Source: Patescibacteria group bacterium
GTDB lineage: Bacteria; Patescibacteriota; Patescibacteriia; 2-01-FULL-39-33
NCBI GenBank assembly: GCA_041662745.1
Contig: JBAZRV010000002.1
Location: forward strand, 206,919-238,918
Length of the DNA: 32,000 bases
Direction of reading: 5' to 3'
Shown: in pieces, positions 7,909 through 15,695 of the stretch
Position numbering within the stretch: position 1 is the first letter of the stretch
Layout: every line of letters starts with the position of its first letter
Position numbers and translations under genes: made by a program
The notes under the pieces: model-generated
What the model was told of the DNA's origin: nothing
The model's database searches: none
The model's input: only the letters and a program-made list of their open reading frames with translations

Positions 7909-8577
7909 TTATTTGGCTATTAGCCAGCGGCCGATAGCGTGGCAAGCTGGCAGGAACATTTTGGCCAGATATTTCAGACCAACGACCAGACCAACGACCA
8001 GACCAACGACCAGACTGACGATCAGACCAACGACCAGACTGACGATCAGACCAACGACCAGACCAACGACCAGACTGACGATCAGACCAACGACCAGACC
8101 GATGCCTAGACCGATGCCCAGACCAGCGCCTATAACGACGCCTAGACCGGCGGTCAGACTGACACATAGACCGGCGGTCAGACTGCCACCCAGAATAGCG
8201 GTCAGACCGATGATCAGACCGACGCCTAGACCGGCGCTCAGATCCGTGCTCAGACCGACGATCAGACCGACGATCAGACCGGCGATTAAATCCTTATTTG
8301 AAAATCTTCTTGAAATTAAGCCAATCAATTCAATAATGGCAGTTGACCAGAATATTGAAAAGGGGACATCCCACCATCGCGATAGCGATAGCGGCAGTTG
8401 AAGAAAAATATCTTTGGCATGATCCTGATCGTTAGCCAACCAGATAATCTTATCTGATACCGGCACCGATCCATTGACTTGATACCAAACGAGCCAGAAA
8501 AAACCGGTTGCTGCGGCGGCGATCAAAGACCACCGCCAAGTGAGTTTCCATTGCCTTGGATAACTGATTGATTGCAT
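7909..8577 (-). CDS. membrane protein with a ~104-residue C-terminal (small-L-x-x)n repeat, mostly Gly-Leu
   Basis: 222-aa ORF with a GAAAGGGA SD-like sequence and a consensus promoter upstream. The N-terminal half has hydrophobic helices. The C-terminal half reads ...GLIVGLIVGL...GLVVGLIVSLVVGLVVGL.... Confidence 0.7.
   Translation of the reverse strand: MQSISYPRQWKLTWRWSLIAAAATGFFWLVWYQVNGSVPVSDKIIWLANDQDHAKDIFLQLPLSLSRWWDVPFSIFWSTAIIELIGLISRRFSNKDLIAGLIVGLIVGLSTDLSAGLGVGLIIGLTAILGGSLTAGLCVSLTAGLGVVIGAGLGIGLGIGLVVGLIVSLVVGLVVGLIVSLVVGLIVSLVVGLVVGLVVGLKYLAKMFLPACHAIGRWLIAK
7975..8286 (-). repeat. 26 consecutive in-frame 12-nt repeat units
   Basis: Units are cagaccaacgac (A) and cagactgacgat (B), in the order AAABABAABA for the first 120 nt (7975-8094). 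These are followed by 16 degenerate units, all starting cag/tag/tat, which is Leu (Ile in one unit) on the minus strand. Confidence 0.95.
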
Positions 8578-8667
8578 GGCTTTCCCTTTCCTTTTTTGGC
8601 TTTTGTTTGTCCGTTAATAGATTTGTTGTTTTACAGTACTTTCCGAGTAAAATCATCAGAATATCTC

Positions 8668-8696
8668 ATTGTAGCATATCCGTAATATTTTGTCAA
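8668..8696 (-). promoter_or_regulatory. consensus promoter for the repeat-protein gene
   Basis: Minus strand reads TTGACA (8696-8691), 17-nt spacer, TGc-TACAAT (-10 at 8673-8668). Confidence 0.65.
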
Positions 8697-8793
8697 GGGC
8701 ATGTACAGTTAACATTAAAGGGTGACAGGAAAGAGTTTTATTTTTCCGATTAAAAACGGCTGAATTTAAAATAACTAATAATTAAGATAAATT

Positions 8794-10419
8794 ATGTCCA
8801 AGTACATTTTTGTCATGGGCGGAGTAATGTCGGGAGTCGGCAAAGGCATCGCCGCGGCCTCTATCGGTAAAATCCTGTCTTCCAAGGGCTTTAAGGTTAC
8901 GGCGATTAAGATAGATCCCTATCTTAATGTTGATGCCGGCACCATGAATCCGGTGGAACACGGCGAAGTGTTTGTAACCGAGGACGGCGATGAGACTGAT
9001 CAGGATATCGGCAATTATGAAAGGTTTTTAGACCAAAATATTTACCGTGACAATTACATGACTTCGGGCAGAGTTTACCAATCAGTCATTAATCGCGAAC
9101 GTAACTTGGAATACGGCGGCAAGTGCGTGGAGGCGGTGCCGCACATCCCTTATGAAGTGATTGATCGCATTAATCGCGCCATGGAAAAAGCCGAGGCGGA
9201 AATCGGCATTATTGAGATCGGCGGTACGGTCGGCGAATTTCAAAATGTCTTATATCTGGAAGCGGCCAGAATGCTCAAGTTTAAAAATCCCGGCGACGTG
9301 GCTTTTGTCATGGTCAGTTATCTGCCGGTGCCGTCCAAAATCGGTGAAATGAAAACCAAGCCGACGCAGATGGCGGTGCGCGCCATTAACGAGGTCGGCA
9401 TCCAGCCTGATTTTTTGCTGTGCCGTTCCAGCTATCCGGTTGATGCTCCGCGACGGGAAAAACTGGCATTGTTTTGCAATGTCCAGCCGGGAAACGTCAT
9501 TTCCGCTCCGGATGTGGAGAGTGTTTATGATATTCCCGTTAATTTTGAGCGGGAAAATCTGGGCGATAAGATTTTAAAGATTTTGAACCTGGAACCGCGG
9601 CAGCAGGATTTGGCGGAATGGCGGGTTTTTGTGGATAAAATAAATGCCGCCACAGAAAAAATTAAAATAGGCATTGTCGGCAAATATTTTGAGAGCGGCG
9701 ATTTTGTCTTGTCTGACGCTTATATTTCCGTAATTGAAAGCTTAAGATTCGCGGCCTGGCACAATAATCGCAAGCCGGAGATTGAATGGATTAATTCCGA
9801 TTTGTATGAAAGGGAACCGAATAAATTAGACGAATTGCAAGACTATGACTGCTTGGTGGTGCCGGGGGGATTCGGCAGCCGCGGCATTGAAGGAAAAATT
9901 AAGGCTATCCGTTTTGCGCGGGAAAATAAAATACCCTACCTGGGTTTGTGTTATGGCATGCAACTGGCAACAATTGAATTCGCCCGCAATGTTTGCGGCC
10001 TGGCTGACGCCCATACCACTGAAATCAACCCGCACACCTTGAATCCAGTCATTCATATTATTCCCGAGCAAGAGGAAAAAATGGCCAATAAGCAATATGG
10101 CAATACTATGCGCTTGGGCGCTTACCCCTGCGTCTTGCAGGAGGGGAGTCTGGTTAGGGATTTATATCAGACGGCGGAAATATCCGAACGCCATCGCCAT
10201 CGTTATGAATTCAATCTGGCGTACAGGCAAAAGATGGAGGAGCATGGCCTGGTTTTTTCCGGTTTGAGTCCGGACGGCCAGTTGACGGAAATCATTGAAC
10301 TACCCAAAGACCAGCACCCGTTTTTCGTGGGCGTGCAATTCCATCCGGAATTCAAATCCCGGCCGCTTAAGCCGCATCCTTTGTTTTTCGGCCTGATTAA
10401 GGCCGGATTAAAAAAATAA
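8794..10419 (+). CDS. pyrG: CTP synthase
   Basis: MSKYIFVMGGVMSGVGKGIAAASIGKIL at the N-terminus. Glutamine amidotransferase domain has GLCYGMQLA ... FVGVQFHPEF. Length is 541 aa. Confidence 0.96.
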   Translation: MSKYIFVMGGVMSGVGKGIAAASIGKILSSKGFKVTAIKIDPYLNVDAGTMNPVEHGEVFVTEDGDETDQDIGNYERFLDQNIYRDNYMTSGRVYQSVINRERNLEYGGKCVEAVPHIPYEVIDRINRAMEKAEAEIGIIEIGGTVGEFQNVLYLEAARMLKFKNPGDVAFVMVSYLPVPSKIGEMKTKPTQMAVRAINEVGIQPDFLLCRSSYPVDAPRREKLALFCNVQPGNVISAPDVESVYDIPVNFERENLGDKILKILNLEPRQQDLAEWRVFVDKINAATEKIKIGIVGKYFESGDFVLSDAYISVIESLRFAAWHNNRKPEIEWINSDLYEREPNKLDELQDYDCLVVPGGFGSRGIEGKIKAIRFARENKIPYLGLCYGMQLATIEFARNVCGLADAHTTEINPHTLNPVIHIIPEQEEKMANKQYGNTMRLGAYPCVLQEGSLVRDLYQTAEISERHRHRYEFNLAYRQKMEEHGLVFSGLSPDGQLTEIIELPKDQHPFFVGVQFHPEFKSRPLKPHPLFFGLIKAGLKK

Positions 10420-10431
10420 TTAGACAATTTT

Positions 10432-10464
10432 AAAACCCGTCCGGTTTAGTCCGAGGCGGGTTTT
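10432..10464. terminator. bidirectional hairpin between pyrG and the convergent small gene
   Basis: Stem aaaacccg (10432-10439) / cgggtttt (10457-10464). Confidence 0.6.
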
Positions 10465-10468
10465 GGCT

Positions 10469-10717
10469 TTAAAAGATCAAGTAAGCGGCGGCAATGGCTG
10501 ACAGTCCGATGGCCAGAATATACAATATCCGTAATATTTTGGGGGTTTGCCTCTTCACCTCGGATCTTCCGGGCTTGCCCAATTTCCAACAACGATGGCA
10601 AACGCCGTCATGGTAATGAATTTGATATCCTACCTCTCCGCAGTGGATGCAGACATCCTGTTTTTCGTTACTCATTAATATTATTGCCTGACGAACTGCG
10701 CCCCGGAGTCTGTTCAT
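10469..10717 (-). CDS. small zinc-ribbon protein with C-terminal transmembrane anchor (82 aa)
   Basis: CIHCGE-x12-CHRCW zinc-ribbon motif and a C-terminal helix ILRILYILAIGLSAIAAAYLIF. The ATG at 10717 is preceded by GAAAGGG. Promoters at 10782-10810 and 10890-10918 lie inside the longer 216-aa ORF-track call, so its N-terminal part is rejected. Confidence 0.55.
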   Translation of the reverse strand: MNRLRGAVRQAIILMSNEKQDVCIHCGEVGYQIHYHDGVCHRCWKLGKPGRSEVKRQTPKILRILYILAIGLSAIAAAYLIF

Positions 10718-10781
10718 GGGCCAACCCTTTCTTTTTCGTTGTGATTCTGAGCGGATTATGATGTCATTCCTATGACCTGAT

Positions 10782-10810
10782 ATTTTATCATATATTAACT
10801 GATTAGTCAA
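10782..10810 (-). promoter_or_regulatory. promoter for the zinc-ribbon gene
   Basis: Minus strand reads TTGACT (10810-10805), 17-nt spacer, TGa-TAAAAT (-10 at 10787-10782). Confidence 0.6.
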
Positions 10811-10889
10811 GAAAATAAATTGTCTTTTATCGTAAGCTATTAACCTAACCGCTGCAAATCTTAAATTATTATCCCTGTGGATAAACATA

Positions 10890-10918
10890 TTGACAAAAAA
10901 GTAAAGGTATGATATAAT
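10890..10918 (+). promoter_or_regulatory. consensus promoter for the SLT gene
   Basis: TTGACA (10890-10895), 17-nt spacer, TGa-TATAAT (10910-10918). Confidence 0.7.
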
Positions 10919-10997
10919 AATAAACATTGGTCGCTGTGACCAACTTGTGTCAAAAAAATCCCTAAAATTAGGGAAAATATCAAAAGGAACATTTACA

Positions 10998-11975
10998 ATG
11001 AACAGGTTTTTTGAAGGTAAATCCGCCGATACTATGATTATCCAGAGATGTATTGATTTTTTTATCGGACGCATCAACCTGGCGTTAGCCATGGCATTCT
11101 TAGCGTTTTGCGCTGTCATGGCGCTGGGCGCCTGGTTGGGAGAAGGTCAAGTTTTAGCGGCCGGCATTGATGCGGCCGACTATCGGATTAGGCGGGTTGA
11201 GCCAAGCCGGATTGAGCCGATTGATTTTATTGACGAGCGGGAATTGGATGCTGAACTATTGCAAGAGGAGAAGATCTTTCTGCAACAGCAAACAGCCAGC
11301 TCAGGCGAACTCGTACTGCTCAATCAATCGGTTGAGGCGACCGATTCAACCCTAATTGACTCGAAGCTGTTGCCGCCGCAGGAAATCATCAATGTCTATG
11401 CCGCCTTTATCCAACGCGATAATCCTCGCGTATCGGATGCGGAGGCCAACAAATGGGCACGTGATTTTGAGCAATGGGAAAGCCGCTATAATTTCCCGCG
11501 AGGGGTTTTGGTGGCGATTGCCCATACCGAGTCTTGGCATGATCCGAATGCCAAATCGTGCGCCGAGGCGTACGGTTTAATGCAGGTTCAATATGGCACC
11601 GGCCAGGGAGTGGCCAAACGCTTCGGCCTTTGGTCGGAGCCGAAGTTCAGCAAACCGGCCAAAAATGAAAAGGAAGCGCGCGAGAGAATCCACCAGGTGA
11701 AGAAATTCCGGGAAAACCTTATCAAGATTCTGAAGGATCCGGAACATAACATCAGAATGGGCGCGTTCGTTCTGCATCGTTTTTTAGTCAAGGAGAAGGG
11801 CGATTGGTCTAAGGCATTGGCGCGTTACTCCGGCGGCGCCAAGAATTACGAAAAGAAAGTCAAGAAGTTTCATGCTGTTGTCCGGGAGCGGATTGAATTG
11901 CGCGCCAAAGAAACTGCCCCAACCGGACGGTCAATGCTGGCCGAATTATCCTGCTCCTCAAGCCCTCTATCCTAA
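10998..11975 (+). CDS. membrane-anchored lytic transglycosylase (SLT domain)
   Basis: AIAHTESWHDPNAKSCAEAYGLMQV is the SLT catalytic E-S ... GLMQ motif. N-terminal TM helix is INLALAMAFLAFCAVMALGAWL. The start is moved to ATG 10998 (AAAGGA SD 8 nt upstream) because the track's GTG at 10947 sits only ~29 nt from the -10 and has no SD. Confidence 0.8.
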   Translation: MNRFFEGKSADTMIIQRCIDFFIGRINLALAMAFLAFCAVMALGAWLGEGQVLAAGIDAADYRIRRVEPSRIEPIDFIDERELDAELLQEEKIFLQQQTASSGELVLLNQSVEATDSTLIDSKLLPPQEIINVYAAFIQRDNPRVSDAEANKWARDFEQWESRYNFPRGVLVAIAHTESWHDPNAKSCAEAYGLMQVQYGTGQGVAKRFGLWSEPKFSKPAKNEKEARERIHQVKKFRENLIKILKDPEHNIRMGAFVLHRFLVKEKGDWSKALARYSGGAKNYEKKVKKFHAVVRERIELRAKETAPTGRSMLAELSCSSSPLS

Positions 11976-11988
11976 TTGTACTTTGCTT

Positions 11989-12025
11989 GCCGCCTTGGTG
12001 TTATACCGAGGCGGCGTTTTTGTTT
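11989..12025 (+). terminator. terminator after the SLT gene
   Basis: Stem gccgcct (11989-11995) / aggcggc (12009-12015), followed by gtttttgttt. Confidence 0.65.
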
Positions 12026-12031
12026 AAAAAT

Positions 12032-12058
12032 AAAACATCCGGCGCAACCGGATGTTTT
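12032..12058 (-). terminator. terminator for rpmA
   Basis: Perfect 11-bp stem aaaacatccgg (12032-12042) / ccggatgtttt (12048-12058). A T-run follows on the minus strand. Confidence 0.7.
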
Positions 12059-12107
12059 ATGATGCAGGCTTTTTAAGCCTTTCTAAGCTGTAATTTTTGA
12101 ACAGGGT

Positions 12108-12380
12108 TTATTGAACAGAGACGATTTGAGCGTGTTCTAACTTACCGGTAAATTTCTTGACTTTCTTTTTATTAAAGCTGACCTTGCCGGATTGAATCGC
12201 AAAAATAGAGTCATCTTTGGCTTGTTTGGTGCCGTTGCCGGCGCGATAACGGGTACCGCGTTGGCGCACGATAATATTGCCGGACTGGGCGGTTTCGCCT
12301 CCGTAGAGTTTAATGCCTAAGCGTTGCGCATTGGAATCTCGGCCTAATCTTGTACTGCCGCCTGCTTTTTTTGTGGACAT
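12108..12380 (-). CDS. rpmA: 50S ribosomal protein L27
   Basis: MSTKKAGGSTRLGRDSNAQRLGIKLYGGE...IIVRQRGT matches L27. Length is 90 aa. Confidence 0.95.
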   Translation of the reverse strand: MSTKKAGGSTRLGRDSNAQRLGIKLYGGETAQSGNIIVRQRGTRYRAGNGTKQAKDDSIFAIQSGKVSFNKKKVKKFTGKLEHAQIVSVQ

Positions 12381-12422
12381 AGTATATTTTGCTTAAAGTT
12401 TGTTTTTTTAACGATTGATCTA

Positions 12423-12451
12423 ATATTAGCCGATTTTGGTTGATTTGTCAA
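12423..12451 (-). promoter_or_regulatory. promoter for rpmA
   Basis: Minus strand reads TTGACA (12451-12446), 17-nt spacer, TAATAT (12428-12423). Confidence 0.6.
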
Positions 12452-12623
12452 GCAGTTCAACAATATCAGCCAAAACCGTTAATTAAGCGGATAAATCCGT
12501 TGCGGTAACAAAACAAATTAAAGGCTGTCCGGTTGATTTTGTCGTTAAAGCCCCAATATGTTAAGATTAATCTTGTTAGGGCTGTAAAATAACGTTTGTT
12601 ATTGCGGTATCTTCTGACAAATT

Positions 12624-13775
12624 ATGAATTTAAAAGAGAAGGCTAAAAAATTGCCGTTATCTCCGGGGGTTTACCGCTGGTTGGACGGCAAAGGCAAAAT
12701 ATTGTATGTAGGCCGCGCCACCAGTTTGCGCCGGCGAGTTTTGCAATATTTTCGTCCGGATATTGAACCACGGATAGGGGAGATGGTATCCTTGGCCAAG
12801 GACATAAAATTTGAGAAGACCGATTCTGTTTTAGAGGCGATCATCTTGGAAGCTAATCTGATAAAAAAATTCTGGCCCAAGTATAATGTCAAGGACAAAG
12901 ATGACCGTTCATTTGCTTACGTGGTAATCGCCAAAAGCGATTGGCCCAAGCCGATAATCGTCCGTGGCAAGGATTTGGGGAAATATTCCCCCGGCCAAGC
13001 GCATATCTTCGGACCGTATCTTAATGCCACTCTGATTAAAAACGCTTTGCGCATCATTAGGCGGTTACTCCCTTATTCCACTTGTAAGCCCGGCAGCGGT
13101 CAGCCCTGCTTTGATTACCAAATCGGCTTATGTCCGGGGGCTTGCGTTTCAGCCATTACGCCACGGGAGTACAAAAAAAATATTAGGAATATCATCTGGC
13201 TGTTTGAGGGCAAGAAAAAACAATTGGTAAAAAGAATAACCAAAGAAAACCCGGAATTAGCCAAGGCCTTCCGCCATATTTCCGACGCCTCACTGATCAG
13301 CCGGGATGAAATATCCGGCGTCGGCGGCACAGGAAGAATTGAGGCCTACGACATTTCGCATTTGTCAGGCAAAGAAACCGTCGGCGCCCTGGCCGTGTTT
13401 GTCGGCGGCCAGCCGGATAAATCGCAGTATCGCTTATTCAATATTAAAACCGCAACCAATAATGATTTGCGGGCGCTTGAAGAAATGATTAGTCGCCGTC
13501 TTAATCATCCGGAGTGGCCCCTGCCCGACATATTCTTAATTGACGGCGGCCGGCCGCAGATCAATCAAGTCAGTAAATTATTCAAAAGCTTAAAAATTAC
13601 CAAACCGCTTTTGGGTTTGTCCAAGTTTGGCGGGGATAAGCTGGTTTATTCCGCCGGCACTCCTAAAAACGTCAGGGAGTTAGCCGTTAATATGCTATCC
13701 GACTTAAAACAGGCCAGGGATGAAGCGCACCGTTTTAGCAATTCGGCCCGCCGGAAAAAAATGAAAATTCGTTAA
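12624..13775 (+). CDS. uvrC: UvrC-like excinuclease, compact form (GIY-YIG plus RNase H-like endonuclease domain)
   Basis: N-terminal GIY-YIG domain (PGVYRWLDGKGKILYVGRATSLRRRVLQYF). UvrC Cys-rich region (RPCFDYQIGLCPGAC). C-terminal endonuclease region (RIEAYDISHLSGKETVGALAVF ... IFLIDGGRPQIN ... ARDEAHRF). Only 383 aa. Confidence 0.8.
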   Translation: MNLKEKAKKLPLSPGVYRWLDGKGKILYVGRATSLRRRVLQYFRPDIEPRIGEMVSLAKDIKFEKTDSVLEAIILEANLIKKFWPKYNVKDKDDRSFAYVVIAKSDWPKPIIVRGKDLGKYSPGQAHIFGPYLNATLIKNALRIIRRLLPYSTCKPGSGQPCFDYQIGLCPGACVSAITPREYKKNIRNIIWLFEGKKKQLVKRITKENPELAKAFRHISDASLISRDEISGVGGTGRIEAYDISHLSGKETVGALAVFVGGQPDKSQYRLFNIKTATNNDLRALEEMISRRLNHPEWPLPDIFLIDGGRPQINQVSKLFKSLKITKPLLGLSKFGGDKLVYSAGTPKNVRELAVNMLSDLKQARDEAHRFSNSARRKKMKIR

Positions 13776-13778
13776 ACT

Positions 13779-13807
13779 TTACCGCTATTATTGATTTGTG
13801 CTATAAT
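13779..13807 (+). promoter_or_regulatory. extended -10 promoter for the three-gene envelope cluster
   Basis: TGc-TATAAT at 13799-13807, with a weak -35 TTACCG at 13779-13784 (17-nt spacer). Confidence 0.5.
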
Positions 13808-13827
13808 ACAGCCATAATTTAAAATCT

Positions 13828-14634
13828 ATGGACAAAAACTTAAATGTCAAACCAATGTTAACGGAACCGATCTCCCTGCTAAAAGCGGCTTGGGAATTGT
13901 ACGTAAAAAATTGGCAGAAGCTGGTCATCCTGACTTTGATTCCGATGATTATCCTGGGGATTGCCACCTTGCTGGCCTGGCTGTTGGGGATAATCCGTTA
14001 TTTGCCGGCGAATGAAGCTGCCGTCACTAAGGCCACCGATCCGGTTATTTCCTCTTTGGGATTCTTCTTTGTTACCGCCGGCGGTTTTGATGCTTTGCCT
14101 CTGTGGGGTAAAATCATCCTGGTGATCGTCGTGTGTATTATCGGGATTATAGTCTCCTTATCAATGGTAATTAGCCAATTATTAGTCTTGAAATCAAAGG
14201 GAGAATTGGATTTAAAAACAGCCGTTAAGGATTCAGTGAAATATTGGATCAAATATTTTCTCGTTGGTTTGCTTTTCGGCTTGATTATTACTGGCGGTTT
14301 GCTTTTATTTATAATACCGGGAATTTTTTGGGCGGTGATGTTCTGTCTGGCTTCAGTGATCCTTGTTTTTGAGGACACATCAATTATCGGCGCGCTTAAA
14401 CGAAGCCGAGAATTAACCAGAGGTTATTGGTGGGCGATTTTCGGCCGATTGATTTTATGGTTGGCAGTATGGTTGGCAGTGCTGTTTCTAGTTTCTTTGG
14501 TCGCCGGCTTATTGCGTTTGGCCAGCCAAGAAGCCGCTACGATTCTGTTGGATTTAGCCCAATTGGTTTTGGGTCCGGTGTATTTGGCCTATATCGTCCT
14601 GCTGTACCAATCCTTGCAACAAATTAAGAAGTAG
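13828..14634 (+). CDS. polytopic membrane protein, unknown function
   Basis: 268 aa with about 6 hydrophobic helices. It contains an internal perfect 12-nt tandem duplication at 14457-14480 (WLAVWLAV). Confidence 0.7.
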   Translation: MDKNLNVKPMLTEPISLLKAAWELYVKNWQKLVILTLIPMIILGIATLLAWLLGIIRYLPANEAAVTKATDPVISSLGFFFVTAGGFDALPLWGKIILVIVVCIIGIIVSLSMVISQLLVLKSKGELDLKTAVKDSVKYWIKYFLVGLLFGLIITGGLLLFIIPGIFWAVMFCLASVILVFEDTSIIGALKRSRELTRGYWWAIFGRLILWLAVWLAVLFLVSLVAGLLRLASQEAATILLDLAQLVLGPVYLAYIVLLYQSLQQIKK

Positions 14635-14645
14635 TTTAAAACCAT

Positions 14646-15347
14646 ATGAAGAAGAAAATTTTTTTATTGATCCTCGTCTCCTTGTCTTTGCTTTTGGCTG
14701 AAAGCGCGCTGGCGGTCGGAACTTCTACCGGCGCTTTGACTCCGGCGGATTTAAAATTCGGAAAAATTCCCAAGGCGCAAACAGCAGCCGCTCAAGTGAC
14801 TTCCACGATTAACTTGGTTAAAAAAGTAGCCGCCGGAGCGATTGCTCGTTGCCCGGTAATTGAATCAAAAATTCAAATTAAGGTATCCGGTTTTGATAAC
14901 AGCAAAGTCAGGCACATGCAGGCCTACCAGACGCTCAAGGACAAATTATCAGCCATGTCTGATCGCTTAGTCACTCGGGGCGTAGATGTAACGGCGCTTA
15001 AAGCGGCTTTGGCTGTTTTGGATACGAAAATAAAAAAATTCAGCGATGATTACGCCGCCTATGTCGCATTGCTAAAGCAAGGCCAGGAATCCGTTTGCGG
15101 CCAATCAGCCGGACAGTTCAAAGCCAAACTGAAAGAAGCGCAGACCGCTTTAAAGACGGTCAATGCCGACGTTTTGGATATCAGGGCTTATTATAACACT
15201 GCGATTAAAGCCGAGATAGCCAAAATCAGAATCGCCATTAAGGCAATGTCCGGCGGCGCTTCCACCTCCTCTCCGGCCGCGCCTCAGTCTGCCTTGCCCG
15301 GCCAAGATCAAACCGAGTCAACCGCTACTAATGCCTTAACGCAGTAA
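14646..15347 (+). CDS. secreted alpha-helical protein, unknown function
   Basis: Signal peptide MKKKIFLLILVSLSLLLAESALA. The sequence is Ala/Lys-rich and helical, with a Ser/Pro/Thr-rich tail. Starts 11 nt after the previous gene. Confidence 0.65.
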   Translation: MKKKIFLLILVSLSLLLAESALAVGTSTGALTPADLKFGKIPKAQTAAAQVTSTINLVKKVAAGAIARCPVIESKIQIKVSGFDNSKVRHMQAYQTLKDKLSAMSDRLVTRGVDVTALKAALAVLDTKIKKFSDDYAAYVALLKQGQESVCGQSAGQFKAKLKEAQTALKTVNADVLDIRAYYNTAIKAEIAKIRIAIKAMSGGASTSSPAAPQSALPGQDQTESTATNALTQ

Positions 15348-15354
15348 TAAACAT

Positions 15355-15639
15355 ATGAAGAAATACCTATCATTAATCGTTTTATCGTCAGTGGTATTGG
15401 TGGTTGGCGGATTATTAGCCGGTTGCGGCGCACCGCCAGAAAGCAACTTGCAAGATAGCCAAATAGAAGGGCAGGCCTTGCCCCCGGCTGACAATCAAAT
15501 GGCGCAACCGGCAGAAGAACCGGAAATAACAGAAACCGACATTGATCAATCCTTAAAAGATTTGGATGCGACTATGGATGCGGTAAAAACCACCGGCTTT
15601 GAGGCGACCAACTTATCCGACAAGGATTTGGGGTTATAA
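15355..15639 (+). CDS. small acidic lipoprotein, unknown function
   Basis: Signal peptide with lipobox LLAGC. 94 aa, acidic. Starts 7 nt after the previous gene. Confidence 0.6.
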   Translation: MKKYLSLIVLSSVVLVVGGLLAGCGAPPESNLQDSQIEGQALPPADNQMAQPAEEPEITETDIDQSLKDLDATMDAVKTTGFEATNLSDKDLGL

Positions 15640-15651
15640 TTTTATTTAATT

Positions 15652-15682
15652 AAAGCGGACTTTTATAAAGTCCGCTTTTTTG
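15652..15682 (+). terminator. terminator after the envelope cluster
   Basis: Stem gcggact (15655-15661) / agtccgc (15669-15675), followed by tttttt. Confidence 0.75.
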
Positions 15683-15695
15683 TTAGATTAATATC

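Noticed and set aside
7975-8286. Possible CRISPR array
   Set aside because: The units are 12 nt and contiguous with no spacers, and they lie inside a coding frame. This is a coding tandem repeat, not a CRISPR array.
7793-8401. ORFs 7913-8401 (+, 'RPTTRPTTRLTI...') and 7793-8167 (-, 'RSRRRYRRWSG...') across the 12-nt repeat array
   Set aside because: They are open only because the repeat unit lacks stops in several frames. They have no promoter or SD context, whereas the 7909-8577 minus-strand frame has a consensus promoter, an SD-like sequence, a non-repetitive N-terminal domain and a terminator.
10718-11119. N-terminal 134 codons of the 216-aa minus-strand ORF-track call
   Set aside because: The sequence is low-complexity and AT-rich in translation. 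The stretch contains two consensus promoters and overlaps the start of the SLT gene. Only the C-terminal 82 codons look like a protein.
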